A stretch of DNA of 64,000 bases from an uncultured virus (IMG/VR IMGVR_UViG_3300025877_000002) (taxonomy: Duplodnaviria > Heunggongvirae > Uroviricota > Caudoviricetes): the IMG/VR virus record IMGVR_UViG_3300025877_000002. One strand, given 5' to 3'. The notes beneath the pieces are model-generated. The model ran no database searches, had not been told where the DNA came from, and worked only from the letters and a program-made list of their open reading frames with translations. This document shows, piece after piece, positions 1 through 9,320 of this stretch. A program made the translations under genes and the position numbers. Every line of letters starts with the position of its first letter. Position 1 is the first letter of the stretch.

Positions 1-550
1 CTTTTTTCTTAGCCGGGGCTTCATCTTCGTCCTCGTCCTCATCTTCGTCCTCATCTTCGTCCTCATCTTCGTCCTCATCTTCGTCCTCATCTTCGTCCTC
101 GTCCTCATCTTCGTCCTCATCTTCGTCCTCATCCTCGTCCTCGTCCTCGTCCTCATCTTCGTCCTCATCTTCGTCCTCATCTTCGTCCTCATCTTCGTCC
201 TCGTCCTCATCTTCGTCCTCGTCCTCATCTTCGTCCTCATCTTCGTCCTCATCCTCGTCCTCGTCCTCGTCCTCATCTTCGTCCTCATCTTCGTCCTCAT
301 CTTCGTCCTCATCTTCGTCCTCATCTTCGTCCTCGTCCTCATCTTCGTCCTCGTCCTCATCTTCGTCCTCATCTTCGGCTTCTGCTGCAGGAGCAGCTTT
401 ACCCATGCCTTTCATGGCAAGAGGGACAAGTTGACATACGACCATAGAACCATCCTCAAAGGTGATTCTTACATATCCGTTTCCTAGTTCATCGACGGAT
501 TTAATTTTCTTTCCCGCAAGTGATGCGGCTAATGATTTTTCTTTTGCCAT
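1..550 (-). CDS. Hyperacidic protein with a 119-residue alternating Glu-Asp tract (C-terminus runs off the window)
   Basis: Absent from the ORF track because it is truncated. ATG at 550 reads MAKEKSLAASLAGKKIKSVDELGNGYVRITFEDGSMVVCQLVPLAMKGMGKAAPAAEA(ED)n...EAPAKKK, open to position 1. Confidence 0.85.
   Translation of the reverse strand, partial: MAKEKSLAASLAGKKIKSVDELGNGYVRITFEDGSMVVCQLVPLAMKGMGKAAPAAEAEDEDEDEDEDEDEDEDEDEDEDEDEDEDEDEDEDEDEDEDEDEDEDEDEDEDEDEDEDEDEDEDEDEDEDEDEDEDEDEDEDEDEDEDEDEDEDEDEDEDEDEDEDEDEDEDEDEDEDEAPAKKK
20..376 (-). repeat. Coding microsatellite (GAR-GAY)n containing an exact 120-bp tandem duplication (81-200 = 201-320)
   Basis: Direct reading of the sequence. Confidence 0.95.
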
Positions 551-601
551 AACAGCTGTTGTTTTTAAGTATTAATTAATATAGAGATAAATAGATTTCA
601 C

Positions 602-919
602 TCAACTAGCGGTATTGAAGGATTTCATTAAGAGACCCAATTTACCGAAATATGCTCGGGATAAACTTCTTATCCCAATAGCGGGAAGGGTAAGTATTAG
701 ATATATAGCCTTCCTAAAGTGGTGCCAAAACTTTATCCTTCTGAAGTTATCCACTTTTCGTATCTTCCTACAGGATTCTACAAACATCTGTTCTTCCCAC
801 TTTAATACAGCATCCCAGAAGGAGCCGTATAAGAATCCCACGGTGAAGAACAGTATTAGAATAACCACAGAAGGGACTAATAGGGCTAGGGATACTATGG
901 TTATGTAAATAGCTTTCAT
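602..919 (-). CDS. Hypothetical membrane protein
   Basis: Hydrophobic N-terminal helix; ATGA overlap with the upstream ORF. Confidence 0.6.
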   Translation of the reverse strand: MKAIYITIVSLALLVPSVVILILFFTVGFLYGSFWDAVLKWEEQMFVESCRKIRKVDNFRRIKFWHHFRKAIYLILTLPAIGIRSLSRAYFGKLGLLMKSFNTAS

Positions 920-1152
920 CCTTCTACTAAGATCTGTCTTAATACAAACGATTCTCCTCCCATAGCCTTTAGTATGGACTTGGTTTGACTCATTTGATTA
1001 CTGTTGTATTGTCCCACTTGAGAAGCCATCTTGGTGATATCGGTTTCTGATACAGTGATCTCCAAGTGAGATTGTTCTGATTGGTTTTCTGTGTCCATTA
1101 GCAACTCCCCGTTCTCAAGGGTGCATGGAACTCGGAATGTTTTGATTTTCAT
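916..1152 (-). CDS. Hypothetical protein
   Basis: ORF in operon orientation with an A-rich leader. Confidence 0.6.
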   Translation of the reverse strand: MKIKTFRVPCTLENGELLMDTENQSEQSHLEITVSETDITKMASQVGQYNSNQMSQTKSILKAMGGESFVLRQILVEG

Positions 1153-1181
1153 TTTCTCTTTATAGTTTAGAATAGTAATCC

Positions 1182-1799
1182 TTATTTATGGGAATAACTT
1201 CTAGGAGGTTTTATCCCAGTGAACCCCGTTACTCCGACTTTTTGGAAGTTTGCATAAGTCTTATCCAAGTCCCATTGTTCGGGGTAAATGAGGTTGTTAT
1301 CAGTAAGTGATCGTATGTAACATAACTTAGGATCGAGTATTACATCCATCTTAGGTATGAATCCCCTAGCAATTAGTTCAGCCTTAGCTTCCTCTTCTGT
1401 GTAGGATAGTGTTGAAGGGTCTTCTACTTTGGATAATTTCTTTTCCATGTAATTCCAGATCCTCTTATGGTACATCTGATAAATTACAACCGCAGTCTCC
1501 ACCACTGTTTTATTCCCATAGGAGATAAGGCTTTTATCATCATCACTGGGATAATATTTATCCAATACTCGGATGATATTACCTACTACCGCTATCTCTC
1601 CGGGCAGGAGTTTTAATTTGGTTAGGTGCTTAATCCTCCAGGATAACTTTTCCTTTTCCCACTTAGAGAATAGTTTGGTATAAACCATCTCTCTTCGGAA
1701 GAACTTCTTGAGGAGCCTGAAGAAGGCTTTAGGATCATCTTCTACGGTTTTTAAAACTGTAGTGATGATAGGTTTTAATGGTACGCTTGATTTTTTCAT
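1182..1799 (-). CDS. Hypothetical protein
   Basis: 205-aa ORF in operon orientation. Confidence 0.65.
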   Translation of the reverse strand: MKKSSVPLKPIITTVLKTVEDDPKAFFRLLKKFFRREMVYTKLFSKWEKEKLSWRIKHLTKLKLLPGEIAVVGNIIRVLDKYYPSDDDKSLISYGNKTVVETAVVIYQMYHKRIWNYMEKKLSKVEDPSTLSYTEEEAKAELIARGFIPKMDVILDPKLCYIRSLTDNNLIYPEQWDLDKTYANFQKVGVTGFTGIKPPRSYSHK

Positions 1800-2124
1800 C
1801 CTTTGAGATTGAGTATTTTAGTCTTAGCCCGTTATAGCAAGACATAACTGAATTATAATAGTCTTTCATAGACATGGGTTGAATTACGTCCATGACCATG
1901 ATTGTCAGGTTAGTTACAATCAGATCTCCTGTATCAGTATCTAATCGTAACACTTTAACCTGACTAGCCTTATCCAACACCCTGAGATGTATGATCTCAC
2001 CTATGGCAAAGTAGATACAGGAGGGATTTTTGGATAGCGTAAAAGCATGGGCTTTTGAGTCCGGGTATATCTTACATACCTGGGTTATGGTTAGTACCCG
2101 GTTAATGGGTTTTCGTTTAAGCAT
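1735..2124 (-). CDS. Hypothetical protein (probable start MLKRKP at 2124 rather than 2400)
   Basis: ATG at 2124 overlaps the stop of the 2117..2596 ORF; the longer version would overlap it by 284 bp. Confidence 0.55.
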   Translation of the reverse strand: MLKRKPINRVLTITQVCKIYPDSKAHAFTLSKNPSCIYFAIGEIIHLRVLDKASQVKVLRLDTDTGDLIVTNLTIMVMDVIQPMSMKDYYNSVMSCYNGLRLKYSISKDEKIKRTIKTYHHYSFKNRRR

Positions 2125-2596
2125 TTCCGCTAAAGCCATGTTTCTTTGCGTAGCATCCATCACAGACTTTTCGTTTTCTGCCATTAAAGAGTTCGGGTCT
2201 GAGTTTGCAGAACTTTGGGTACCAAGGGCGAGAAGTGGTACATCTGTCGCATTTGTGGGAATATGGGAACTTCCGGACATACCCGTAGAGCTTTCGTCGC
2301 ATAGTAGTACGGAAGGTTTTTTTCCCTTGCCTTGAGAGGATTTTGCTGTTGGGGATGGCGTACTTGGAATAGAATCGTTTTTTGAGTTTCGCATAGTCAA
2401 TTTCGAATTTAATTAGTTTGATGCCTTTAATAGGAATGTAGTGTTGAAAATCTCCCGAGAACCTGCGTTTGACATAAAGCTCTGCCGCTTTCCGGCTAAT
2501 GAACCTAGTGTGCCTTATTGTCTGAGGCCTAATGATCTTGGTTGCGTCTAGGATATACCATGAGTTCGGTATAATCCTTTTATCCCCCGTTTTCAT
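2117..2596 (-). CDS. Basic protein with a Cys-rich putative zinc finger
   Basis: CDRC...FC...CDGC motifs; Lys/Arg-rich. Confidence 0.6.
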   Translation of the reverse strand: MKTGDKRIIPNSWYILDATKIIRPQTIRHTRFISRKAAELYVKRRFSGDFQHYIPIKGIKLIKFEIDYAKLKKRFYSKYAIPNSKILSRQGKKTFRTTMRRKLYGYVRKFPYSHKCDRCTTSRPWYPKFCKLRPELFNGRKRKVCDGCYAKKHGFSGNA

Positions 2597-3119
2597 TCTT
2601 CAGGAATCTTTTATACCAAATTCCGATTGACTTCTCACTTGCATCGGGGAATTTCTCCAATACTGTCTTCTTAGTCTTTTCAAGTGATTTCCCCTCCTTA
2701 GCACATTGGTAAGTGAGTTCTTTTTTAGTTCCCGACCAGATGCCAAGTTCTGCATTCTTTTCCCTCTTCTTATTAGATTTGGGCTTTTTAAACTTCTTGG
2801 GCTTCTTAATGGAAAGGACCTCTCCGGTTTTCTCATTAATTTCCCCGACATATCCAAGTCGGATAAACGGTTCATCTTTTCCCCGTTTTTTCATAATCTC
2901 TTCCCGCCATTCATCAAAGGCATCTAATCGGGAATTATCGATTTTATCATAGTAATGCCTTATGAACCAATCCTGCAAAGAGGGGGTTGATAGGGATACT
3001 AATAATTTAAAATCTATACCCCGTGCGATGCAGGCTCGTTGGAAATCGAGATTCCGCATCATAGTAGCTTCCTTTTCGGGAGGGGTTAGGTCTTTTTGAT
3101 ACTGTTGTTTTCTTGCCAT
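2580..3119 (-). CDS. Hypothetical basic protein, possibly DNA-binding
   Basis: Lys-rich, helical C-terminus; lies downstream of a TATATTTG promoter. Confidence 0.65.
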   Translation of the reverse strand: MARKQQYQKDLTPPEKEATMMRNLDFQRACIARGIDFKLLVSLSTPSLQDWFIRHYYDKIDNSRLDAFDEWREEIMKKRGKDEPFIRLGYVGEINEKTGEVLSIKKPKKFKKPKSNKKREKNAELGIWSGTKKELTYQCAKEGKSLEKTKKTVLEKFPDASEKSIGIWYKRFLKNENGG

Positions 3120-3154
3120 ATTGCCATAGGGATTTATTTATTATTAATTTAATG

Positions 3155-3162
3155 CAAATATA
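3155..3162 (-). promoter_or_regulatory. Bacteroidota housekeeping-sigma -7 element (TATATTTG)
   Basis: Matches TAnnTTTG in an intergenic gap ~36 nt upstream of ATG 3119; shares the 16-mer TATATATATTTGCA context with the site at 62277. Confidence 0.7.
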
Positions 3163-3192
3163 TATATAATAATTGCAATATATATCACGGCT

Positions 3193-4134
3193 TTAAAAAT
3201 ATTTTTTATCGGTTCTCTGGCTTAGTGAGAAATCGAGATTTTTGCGTGACGGAGTGATGTTTTGTATTTGAGCATAATTAATTGCCCTTTGTATAATTGC
3301 CCTATATAAGGGCCAAAATTTTAATCCATCTATACAGTGCCTTTCGTTTTTATCGATGAAGTTGAGGACCAGTTCTCCATACTCTTCAGCTAACCTTAAT
3401 TCCGGGAATAGGTATAAACTTGCCTTACTTAATTCCTCCACATTCTCCTTACTTGCACATATCCTGATAACCTCTGTTTTCCTTACGCCCTTGCTATTCA
3501 TTACTGATATAAGGCTTAAGTAGGCTTCGTTTATCTCATGTCTAGTGGTGTGAGTAAAGCGTTTTTTGATAATCTTATAAGCTAATCTTGGTAAGCTAGT
3601 TCCTATCTTTAAATGTTTTTTGAGTTTGTTCTTATCCCGTCGTTTAAAGGCTGAGGGTTCTTGCAATGGCCTTGGTATTATCCTGAAATTGTTCCATCGG
3701 TCAAATTCCATTATTAGATTATAAAAATCCCTTTCCGGGATCTTAATAGAGTTTTTCCATGGAGTGATTTCAGATATTAGCAAATTATCCCTTGAAGAGA
3801 TGTGCCTATATAAAGGGTTATCAATTTCCTGCACTGCTTTACTTACCGACATCCTTTTGATAATGGTAAGTTCAAAATATTCCTTAAGGTCAGCTGATAT
3901 CCTTATTCCCTTTGGGATTAATTCCCCGTACTCATCGAAATGGTATTGGAATATTTTTAGGAATTTCTTTGCTCTGTCCTTTATCTCGATAAGTTTGTAA
4001 TGGGATTTTTTCATGATCTCCCCTGATTTCCAGGTAGACTTCTTTAAACCCAAATTTAACCGTAATGAGAGCTGCTCATCCTCGGTTAGGATCATCCAAG
4101 CTTTATTGTCCTTGTTTAAGTTTATATTCCTCAT
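3193..4134 (-). CDS. Putative transcription regulator with an N-terminal sigma-70 region-4-like HTH
   Basis: LTEDEQLSLRLNLGLKKSTWKSGEIMKKSHYKLIEIKDRAKKFLK resembles the sigma r4 pattern; coupled to the nusG-like gene. Confidence 0.45.
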   Translation of the reverse strand: MRNINLNKDNKAWMILTEDEQLSLRLNLGLKKSTWKSGEIMKKSHYKLIEIKDRAKKFLKIFQYHFDEYGELIPKGIRISADLKEYFELTIIKRMSVSKAVQEIDNPLYRHISSRDNLLISEITPWKNSIKIPERDFYNLIMEFDRWNNFRIIPRPLQEPSAFKRRDKNKLKKHLKIGTSLPRLAYKIIKKRFTHTTRHEINEAYLSLISVMNSKGVRKTEVIRICASKENVEELSKASLYLFPELRLAEEYGELVLNFIDKNERHCIDGLKFWPLYRAIIQRAINYAQIQNITPSRKNLDFSLSQRTDKKYF

Positions 4135-4868
4135 ATCTCTATTTCGGGTTGAGAATTATCAACTATTTTCCTTCCTTTAAATTTCAATTCCTCAATACTC
4201 TTTTCTCGAATCGGCTCTATCCTATGGTCACCCCGATAAATTGAGTAAAACACATTATGAAATGATACAGTTGCTTCCTTAGTGTAGGATTCAATGATCA
4301 GCTCTACCTTCACTTCCTGTTTCTTGTGGTCTATGGAAATTATCTTAGCTTCCATGTCCTGCCAAGGGTAACCCATAAGAGTTATGTGGCATCCAGCTTG
4401 CAGGTTATGAAGATCGGAGCAATCGTATATTATTGTCTTACTTGCTTCTATTTCCAACCTCTTTATCTCCTCTTCCGATGCAATGGCTATCTTCACATAC
4501 TGCTTAGGTCTTTCGGCCTCTTCCTCAGGGTCTTTTAGTTTAAAACGATGTCTCAGTATCCTTGATGCTGAGTTATCTTTTACCCATTGATATATTACTG
4601 GTAACCTATCACGAAGGGTAGTAAAAAATTCGGGGTTCCTTAGGTAGGTAATGGGTACTCTAAAGAATCCGTAGTTAAACAGCAAGGGTACATTCTGAAA
4701 TTCGTTTTTCTGTTTAAAGGTTTTCTTTAGGATCTTTACAGTCGGAATGTATGCCTTGATGTTATCGTAGTCTTCATATTTATCAAGTTGTTCCTGTACC
4801 TTGTCAACTTGATCGCTATCTATATAGGCAACTACCCAGATATGCTCTATTTCTTTTTTCTTGGCCAT
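4131..4868 (-). CDS. nusG: NusG/UpxY-family transcription antitermination factor
   Basis: NGN-like N-terminus (WVVAY...AYIPT...PLLFNYGFFRV) and KOW-like C-terminus (GCHITLMGYPWQDMEAKIISID...VKVEL). Confidence 0.8.
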   Translation of the reverse strand: MAKKKEIEHIWVVAYIDSDQVDKVQEQLDKYEDYDNIKAYIPTVKILKKTFKQKNEFQNVPLLFNYGFFRVPITYLRNPEFFTTLRDRLPVIYQWVKDNSASRILRHRFKLKDPEEEAERPKQYVKIAIASEEEIKRLEIEASKTIIYDCSDLHNLQAGCHITLMGYPWQDMEAKIISIDHKKQEVKVELIIESYTKEATVSFHNVFYSIYRGDHRIEPIREKSIEELKFKGRKIVDNSQPEIEI

Positions 4869-5386
4869 AACGGGGAGTTTTTAAGTCGTTTCCTACAATC
4901 TCTATAAGATAGGTTAAAAAAATCTGTGCTCTTTAGGATAACTAAACTCTCATCAGGGGTATGAAGAGAAAGTGATAATGGTGCAGCCAAGAGTTTATCT
5001 CTTAGTATGACCCATACTTCATATTTCATCAATACAAAGTGCAAATCCCGGGGCATACCATTATACCGCATGAAAAGAACGGGTATCTTTGGATTTCCTT
5101 TTTGTGAGTCGCCTTTGCATTGTTCCCAAAATTCTAGGATCTTGGGTTCCTTTAAATAAAGGAGGTGTTCAAAGTTAATTTCATTGTGATTCTTTGCTTC
5201 AATGGAGAATGGAAAATAGTGCCCCTCAGTTGTACAAACTAGGTCCCCGGCTACTTGTGAGTTTTTCCAATTTAGGCCTCCAGAAGAGGGTGTTCGAGCG
5301 AATTCTTTACCGGTCCACTGTTTAAACAGTTTCCCAAGCATTCGTTCGTTCTTACTACCCTTGGTTCGTGAATTGATTCTTGCCAT
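4847..5386 (-). CDS. Holliday junction resolvase (Hjc-type PD-(D/E)xK nuclease)
   Basis: NSRTKGSKNER, RTPSSGG, GDL, IEAKN motifs. Confidence 0.8.
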   Translation of the reverse strand: MARINSRTKGSKNERMLGKLFKQWTGKEFARTPSSGGLNWKNSQVAGDLVCTTEGHYFPFSIEAKNHNEINFEHLLYLKEPKILEFWEQCKGDSQKGNPKIPVLFMRYNGMPRDLHFVLMKYEVWVILRDKLLAAPLSLSLHTPDESLVILKSTDFFNLSYRDCRKRLKNSPLWPRKKK

Positions 5387-5442
5387 AGTCTGTGCCGATA
5401 TATGTGATTAAATAGAAATACAAGATCAGTTAACCCGGCTTT

Positions 5443-7263
5443 TTACGCTAGTCTGGTTCTTCCTTTGGATTTCAAAGGCAGGTACAGACTTGATCCGCTA
5501 GGATTAAAGGAAGCTAGGTGAGTAATGATCCATACCGATTTATTCTCGGCTTTTTGCTGAATGAGTTCTGATACAACTTCTATATTGCTTTCATCCAAGC
5601 TTTCAAATACCTCATCCATAAGTAAAAGGTTAGTTGCTTTCTCAAGTGACATAACATCGTGAATGGCAAAGGCTAAGGCTACATTGGCTAACTGTTGTTC
5701 CCCACCAGAAAGATCATCATAGGTTTGTTCAAAGCCATCCCGAGTTATAGTAGTAATAAAGTCCCGTTTAGGTGAATCCATATCAATGGAGAAGTTTATC
5801 CTAAATGGTATTATTTTCTCATAGTTTTCCAACTGCTCATTTACCAACCCAAGCATGTAATCGAAGATAAAGGCCTTAATACCCGAATTGGAAAGGGGTA
5901 CTTTTATTAACCAATTAAGTGTTTCCAACTTCTTAGTTAATTTTTTAACTGAAAGGGCTAATGGCTGGATATCTTGGGAAAGGATTTGTATCCTTTTCTT
6001 AATGGGTTTTAGTTTTATGGTAAATTTCCTTGCCTTTATAGCCTTAATCTGTTGCTTATATTGTTTTATGTCTTTAGCAATACTTTCCTGCTCTCTAAGG
6101 GTAGCTTCTAGTCTACTAAGATTTTGTTTATTTCTATCAATATCATCTTTAACTGACTGTAAACTAGCAAGTTCTGCATCTAAGTCCTTTAATCCCTTTT
6201 TACTAACCGTAATCTCATCGAGTGTAGAGAAGTATTCCTTCTTTAATTTTGCTATATCTGATTTGATCAGATCAGTCTGTTCTTTATACCCCCCATGAGA
6301 TAAGAGAGCACCGCATGTTGAACATTTAGTTGGGAGAGGGAATTTAGCTTTTAATTTTTGGATTAGTTTCTGTGTATCTGCAGCCTTGCCTTGTTGCGAC
6401 TCCAGCTTCATATCCTGTTTAAACCGAGTTCTCTCTAACTCCTTTACTTCATCGGCTTGGTTATCCAGGATACTGAAAGCTGCCTTTAACCTTGCTATCT
6501 CCTTCCTAATTGATTCTGGGTCTTTAAACCTTTTCTCCTGTACTCTTAGTTTGGATTCAATTACAGATATTTCAGCTTCCTGTTGGCTTTTAAACTTGTT
6601 CTTGGCTTTAACAGATTCCTGCAATCTTTCCTCCAGTTCACTTCTTGATTGTAGCTTGGAGTTTAGGAGAGCACTTAGTTCACTTTCCTCTTTGTGTATT
6701 CCCTCTCTTTGCTCTGCAACTCTTTTCTTAGCCTCATTTATGTAAGATACCTCGAAAGCCTCTTCGAATACTCGTTTTTTATTAGGTCCAGATTCCTCAA
6801 TAATCCTTTTAAGCTTCTGACCGAATACTACTGAGTTAATGAACAACTCATGTGAATAGCCCAGTATACTTGTGATTTCCTTCTGGGTTTCGGGTTTCGT
6901 CCTTAGATCTTTCCTCTCTTCTCCGTCCTGTATTAGGAATAAACGATCTCTACCTTTAATACCCAATACTTTGCCCTTGTATGAGTCACATCGTATGATC
7001 TGATATTTGATACCCTCTTTCTCAAAGGATAGGCTTACCTTAGTTCCCTTATATTTTGGGGGTTGATACTTTTCCCAAGTGTTTACCTTGTTTTTCTTTT
7101 TCAGAGTTTGACCGTAACCTACCCACGAAAAAGCGGAGAAGATTGTAGTCTTTCCGCTTCCGTTTATTGCCTTTAGTATGTTGATACCCTGATGGTCAAG
7201 GTTTATGGTTATTTTGTGTATAGAGCAGAATCCCTCTATCTCTAACTCCCCGAATGTGATCAT
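5443..7263 (-). CDS. SbcC/Rad50-like (gp46-like) recombination ATPase
   Basis: Walker A NGSGKT, coiled coil with CSTC zinc hook, LSGGE signature, Walker B LLLMDE. Confidence 0.93.
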   Translation of the reverse strand: MITFGELEIEGFCSIHKITINLDHQGINILKAINGSGKTTIFSAFSWVGYGQTLKKKNKVNTWEKYQPPKYKGTKVSLSFEKEGIKYQIIRCDSYKGKVLGIKGRDRLFLIQDGEERKDLRTKPETQKEITSILGYSHELFINSVVFGQKLKRIIEESGPNKKRVFEEAFEVSYINEAKKRVAEQREGIHKEESELSALLNSKLQSRSELEERLQESVKAKNKFKSQQEAEISVIESKLRVQEKRFKDPESIRKEIARLKAAFSILDNQADEVKELERTRFKQDMKLESQQGKAADTQKLIQKLKAKFPLPTKCSTCGALLSHGGYKEQTDLIKSDIAKLKKEYFSTLDEITVSKKGLKDLDAELASLQSVKDDIDRNKQNLSRLEATLREQESIAKDIKQYKQQIKAIKARKFTIKLKPIKKRIQILSQDIQPLALSVKKLTKKLETLNWLIKVPLSNSGIKAFIFDYMLGLVNEQLENYEKIIPFRINFSIDMDSPKRDFITTITRDGFEQTYDDLSGGEQQLANVALAFAIHDVMSLEKATNLLLMDEVFESLDESNIEVVSELIQQKAENKSVWIITHLASFNPSGSSLYLPLKSKGRTRLA

Positions 7264-8210
7264 TGTGTTGAGTTTAGTACTTTGATTAATGCCTTCTTAA
7301 AATGTTTTTCCTTTACTTCTGTGTGTTCTAGGTATTTCTTAGCCAATTTAACCCGATCAAGTTTTGCATCGAATTTAGCCCCCTGAAATAATTCCCTTGG
7401 TTTGGGTATTACTGTGTAAAAATGGCCATCTTCGGGAATTGGCTGACCCTCTTCAATATCGATGAACTTGGGTAGTCCTAATTTTATTTTCTTGGGCTTA
7501 GCATCAGAGTAGATTTCCCAATATCCTAAGTCTAACCCCTTTTCAGATCTCGTCTGTTGATATGGTGCACCTAAGATATAGGTATTCTTTGAGAATTTTT
7601 GGGGCTTATGTATGTGTCCGTCAATTACAAGGTCGAAGTGTTTAAAATACTTTGTCCTCATATTCTCTACTTCATCAATTACATGGCCGAAAGCATCTGT
7701 TGCTCCGGGTAAGTCTGTATGGAGCATTAGAATGTTGTACCGATCATCCTTGGCTTGTGGTATATACCCTTTGAGAGTTTTGATTAAACCCTTATTCCCA
7801 GTTAAGTAGGGAATACCGAATACCCTGATATCACTGAATTCCTTTACCTTGAAATCTAGGCACTGAATAGCGTGGGGAGCAAGATTTTCGAGAGAACTGA
7901 TGTAAGAGGGTGAGCCGTGGTCCACAGTGTTCTTTTCACTCATATCATGATTACCCGATATAGCCCATATTATGGTATTAGTTAGTTGGGGTGATAGCAT
8001 CACTGATAGGTAACTGAGTACTTTGTTATCTATAGCCTTCTCGTTATGGATAAGGTCACCCGTAAATAATAAGGGTACTTCTCTTTCTTGTGCCATCATC
8101 CGTAATCTCCAGATTATATCCAATGCAGCCTTCATCCTGCTATCATCCTTTGAAAAAGCCTTCCATCGATGAAGGTGAAGGTCACTAAATGCTAATGCGA
8201 CTAATTTCAT
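7260..8210 (-). CDS. SbcD/Mre11-like (gp47-like) metallophosphoesterase nuclease
   Basis: SDLH, GDL, GNHD, GHIH motifs; adjacent to the SbcC-like gene. Confidence 0.92.
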   Translation of the reverse strand: MKLVALAFSDLHLHRWKAFSKDDSRMKAALDIIWRLRMMAQEREVPLLFTGDLIHNEKAIDNKVLSYLSVMLSPQLTNTIIWAISGNHDMSEKNTVDHGSPSYISSLENLAPHAIQCLDFKVKEFSDIRVFGIPYLTGNKGLIKTLKGYIPQAKDDRYNILMLHTDLPGATDAFGHVIDEVENMRTKYFKHFDLVIDGHIHKPQKFSKNTYILGAPYQQTRSEKGLDLGYWEIYSDAKPKKIKLGLPKFIDIEEGQPIPEDGHFYTVIPKPRELFQGAKFDAKLDRVKLAKKYLEHTEVKEKHFKKALIKVLNSTQ

Positions 8211-8448
8211 TTCGTCCTCCTAATAGGTTAATGTCTGTGTGTCTCCAAATTAATAAGTCAATCTCGTAGGCTATGAATAGCTGGGCTATTAGGATATTTA
8301 TCTCAGTTGCTAACCTTAGGTTATCGGGGTACTTCTTAATGACTGAGGCATAGATGAATTCATGGGGTATCCCTTCTACTCCTGCTTGGACAACCAACTT
8401 AAGGCAAGCTGCTCTTAATCTGTCCCAATCTTCCTGAGTTATTCCCAT
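8185..8448 (-). CDS. Hypothetical protein
   Basis: Fills the gap in the operon with short overlaps at both ends. Confidence 0.5.
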   Translation of the reverse strand: MGITQEDWDRLRAACLKLVVQAGVEGIPHEFIYASVIKKYPDNLRLATEINILIAQLFIAYEIDLLIWRHTDINLLGGRNEISRISI

Positions 8449-9320
8449 ATCCTTAGGAATTGCAATTTACGAAATGATAGTATGTGATATTCATCGCAAA
8501 TCTTAAACAAAGCCGGTTTATTGATCTCGGGTTGTTTGTCATCCTTGAAGAATTTGAGTTTAGCCTTAGCCATGTGCAACTTATTATAATAAGCAAGATC
8601 TATGAGTTGCCTATTGGTTGCATAAAGCTGTTCTAGTTTTTCTTTGTCGATTCCTTTGTGTGTTTTATTACTACTTAAGAAATTTTCAATACTAGAGTGC
8701 TCCTTTAGGAACTGTTTTCCTCTTACTTCGCCAATTCCAGGATAGCCTTTAATATTATCAGAATTATCGCCAACCAAACAAAGATAATCCACGCAAGAGC
8801 TGGGATTATATGCCTTTTTTTCGTATAGGTTACTCGGGGTGAGAATATCTCCACTAGCATTATATATGCGGACAGTATCAGAGATAAGTTGGTGGAAATC
8901 TTTATCATTAGAGGCAATGATAACCCTGCGATCTTCAAATCGCTTAGCAAGCATGTAAATAACATCATCGGCTTCGTATTTTATATTGTGTAATTGTTTT
9001 ACCCCCAATGTATGGAATACCTCCATAACCTTGTCCCGTTGCTTATAGAAATCCTCAGGATCGAAATTTCGGTTGTAAGCCCTGTGACCTTTGTAATCGG
9101 GGCAAAGTCCTAACCTGATTTTTGATTTTTCACCATCCCAGACTAGGTATACTCTTTTGGGCTTAAACTTTTTAATCATTGACCCAACTAAATTGGGTAA
9201 CCCGTAAATGATAGATACAGGTTTACCCTTGTTATTTAGCCTTGCCATTGAGTGGTAAGACCGATGGGCTAAATTATTGCCATCTAGGATTAGTACGTCT
9301 GTTTTCATGATTTTAACCAA
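8439..9320 (-). CDS. 5'-3' exonuclease / flap endonuclease (Pol I N-terminal / T4 RNase H-like)
   Basis: LDGNN, YKGHR, EADD, SNDKDFHQL, GDNSDNIKGYPGIG motifs. Confidence 0.93.
   Translation of the reverse strand: MVKIMKTDVLILDGNNLAHRSYHSMARLNNKGKPVSIIYGLPNLVGSMIKKFKPKRVYLVWDGEKSKIRLGLCPDYKGHRAYNRNFDPEDFYKQRDKVMEVFHTLGVKQLHNIKYEADDVIYMLAKRFEDRRVIIASNDKDFHQLISDTVRIYNASGDILTPSNLYEKKAYNPSSCVDYLCLVGDNSDNIKGYPGIGEVRGKQFLKEHSSIENFLSSNKTHKGIDKEKLEQLYATNRQLIDLAYYNKLHMAKAKLKFFKDDKQPEINKPALFKICDEYHILSFRKLQFLRIWE

Noticed and set aside
20..376. Repeat array as a possible CRISPR
   Set aside because: It is a 6/12-bp coding microsatellite with no unique spacers, and no cas genes are present.
2125..2400. 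N-terminal extension of ORF 1735..2400 as a true overlapping gene
   Set aside because: It lies wholly within 2117..2596, is Ser/Pro-rich like an off-frame read, and a coupled ATG exists at 2124.
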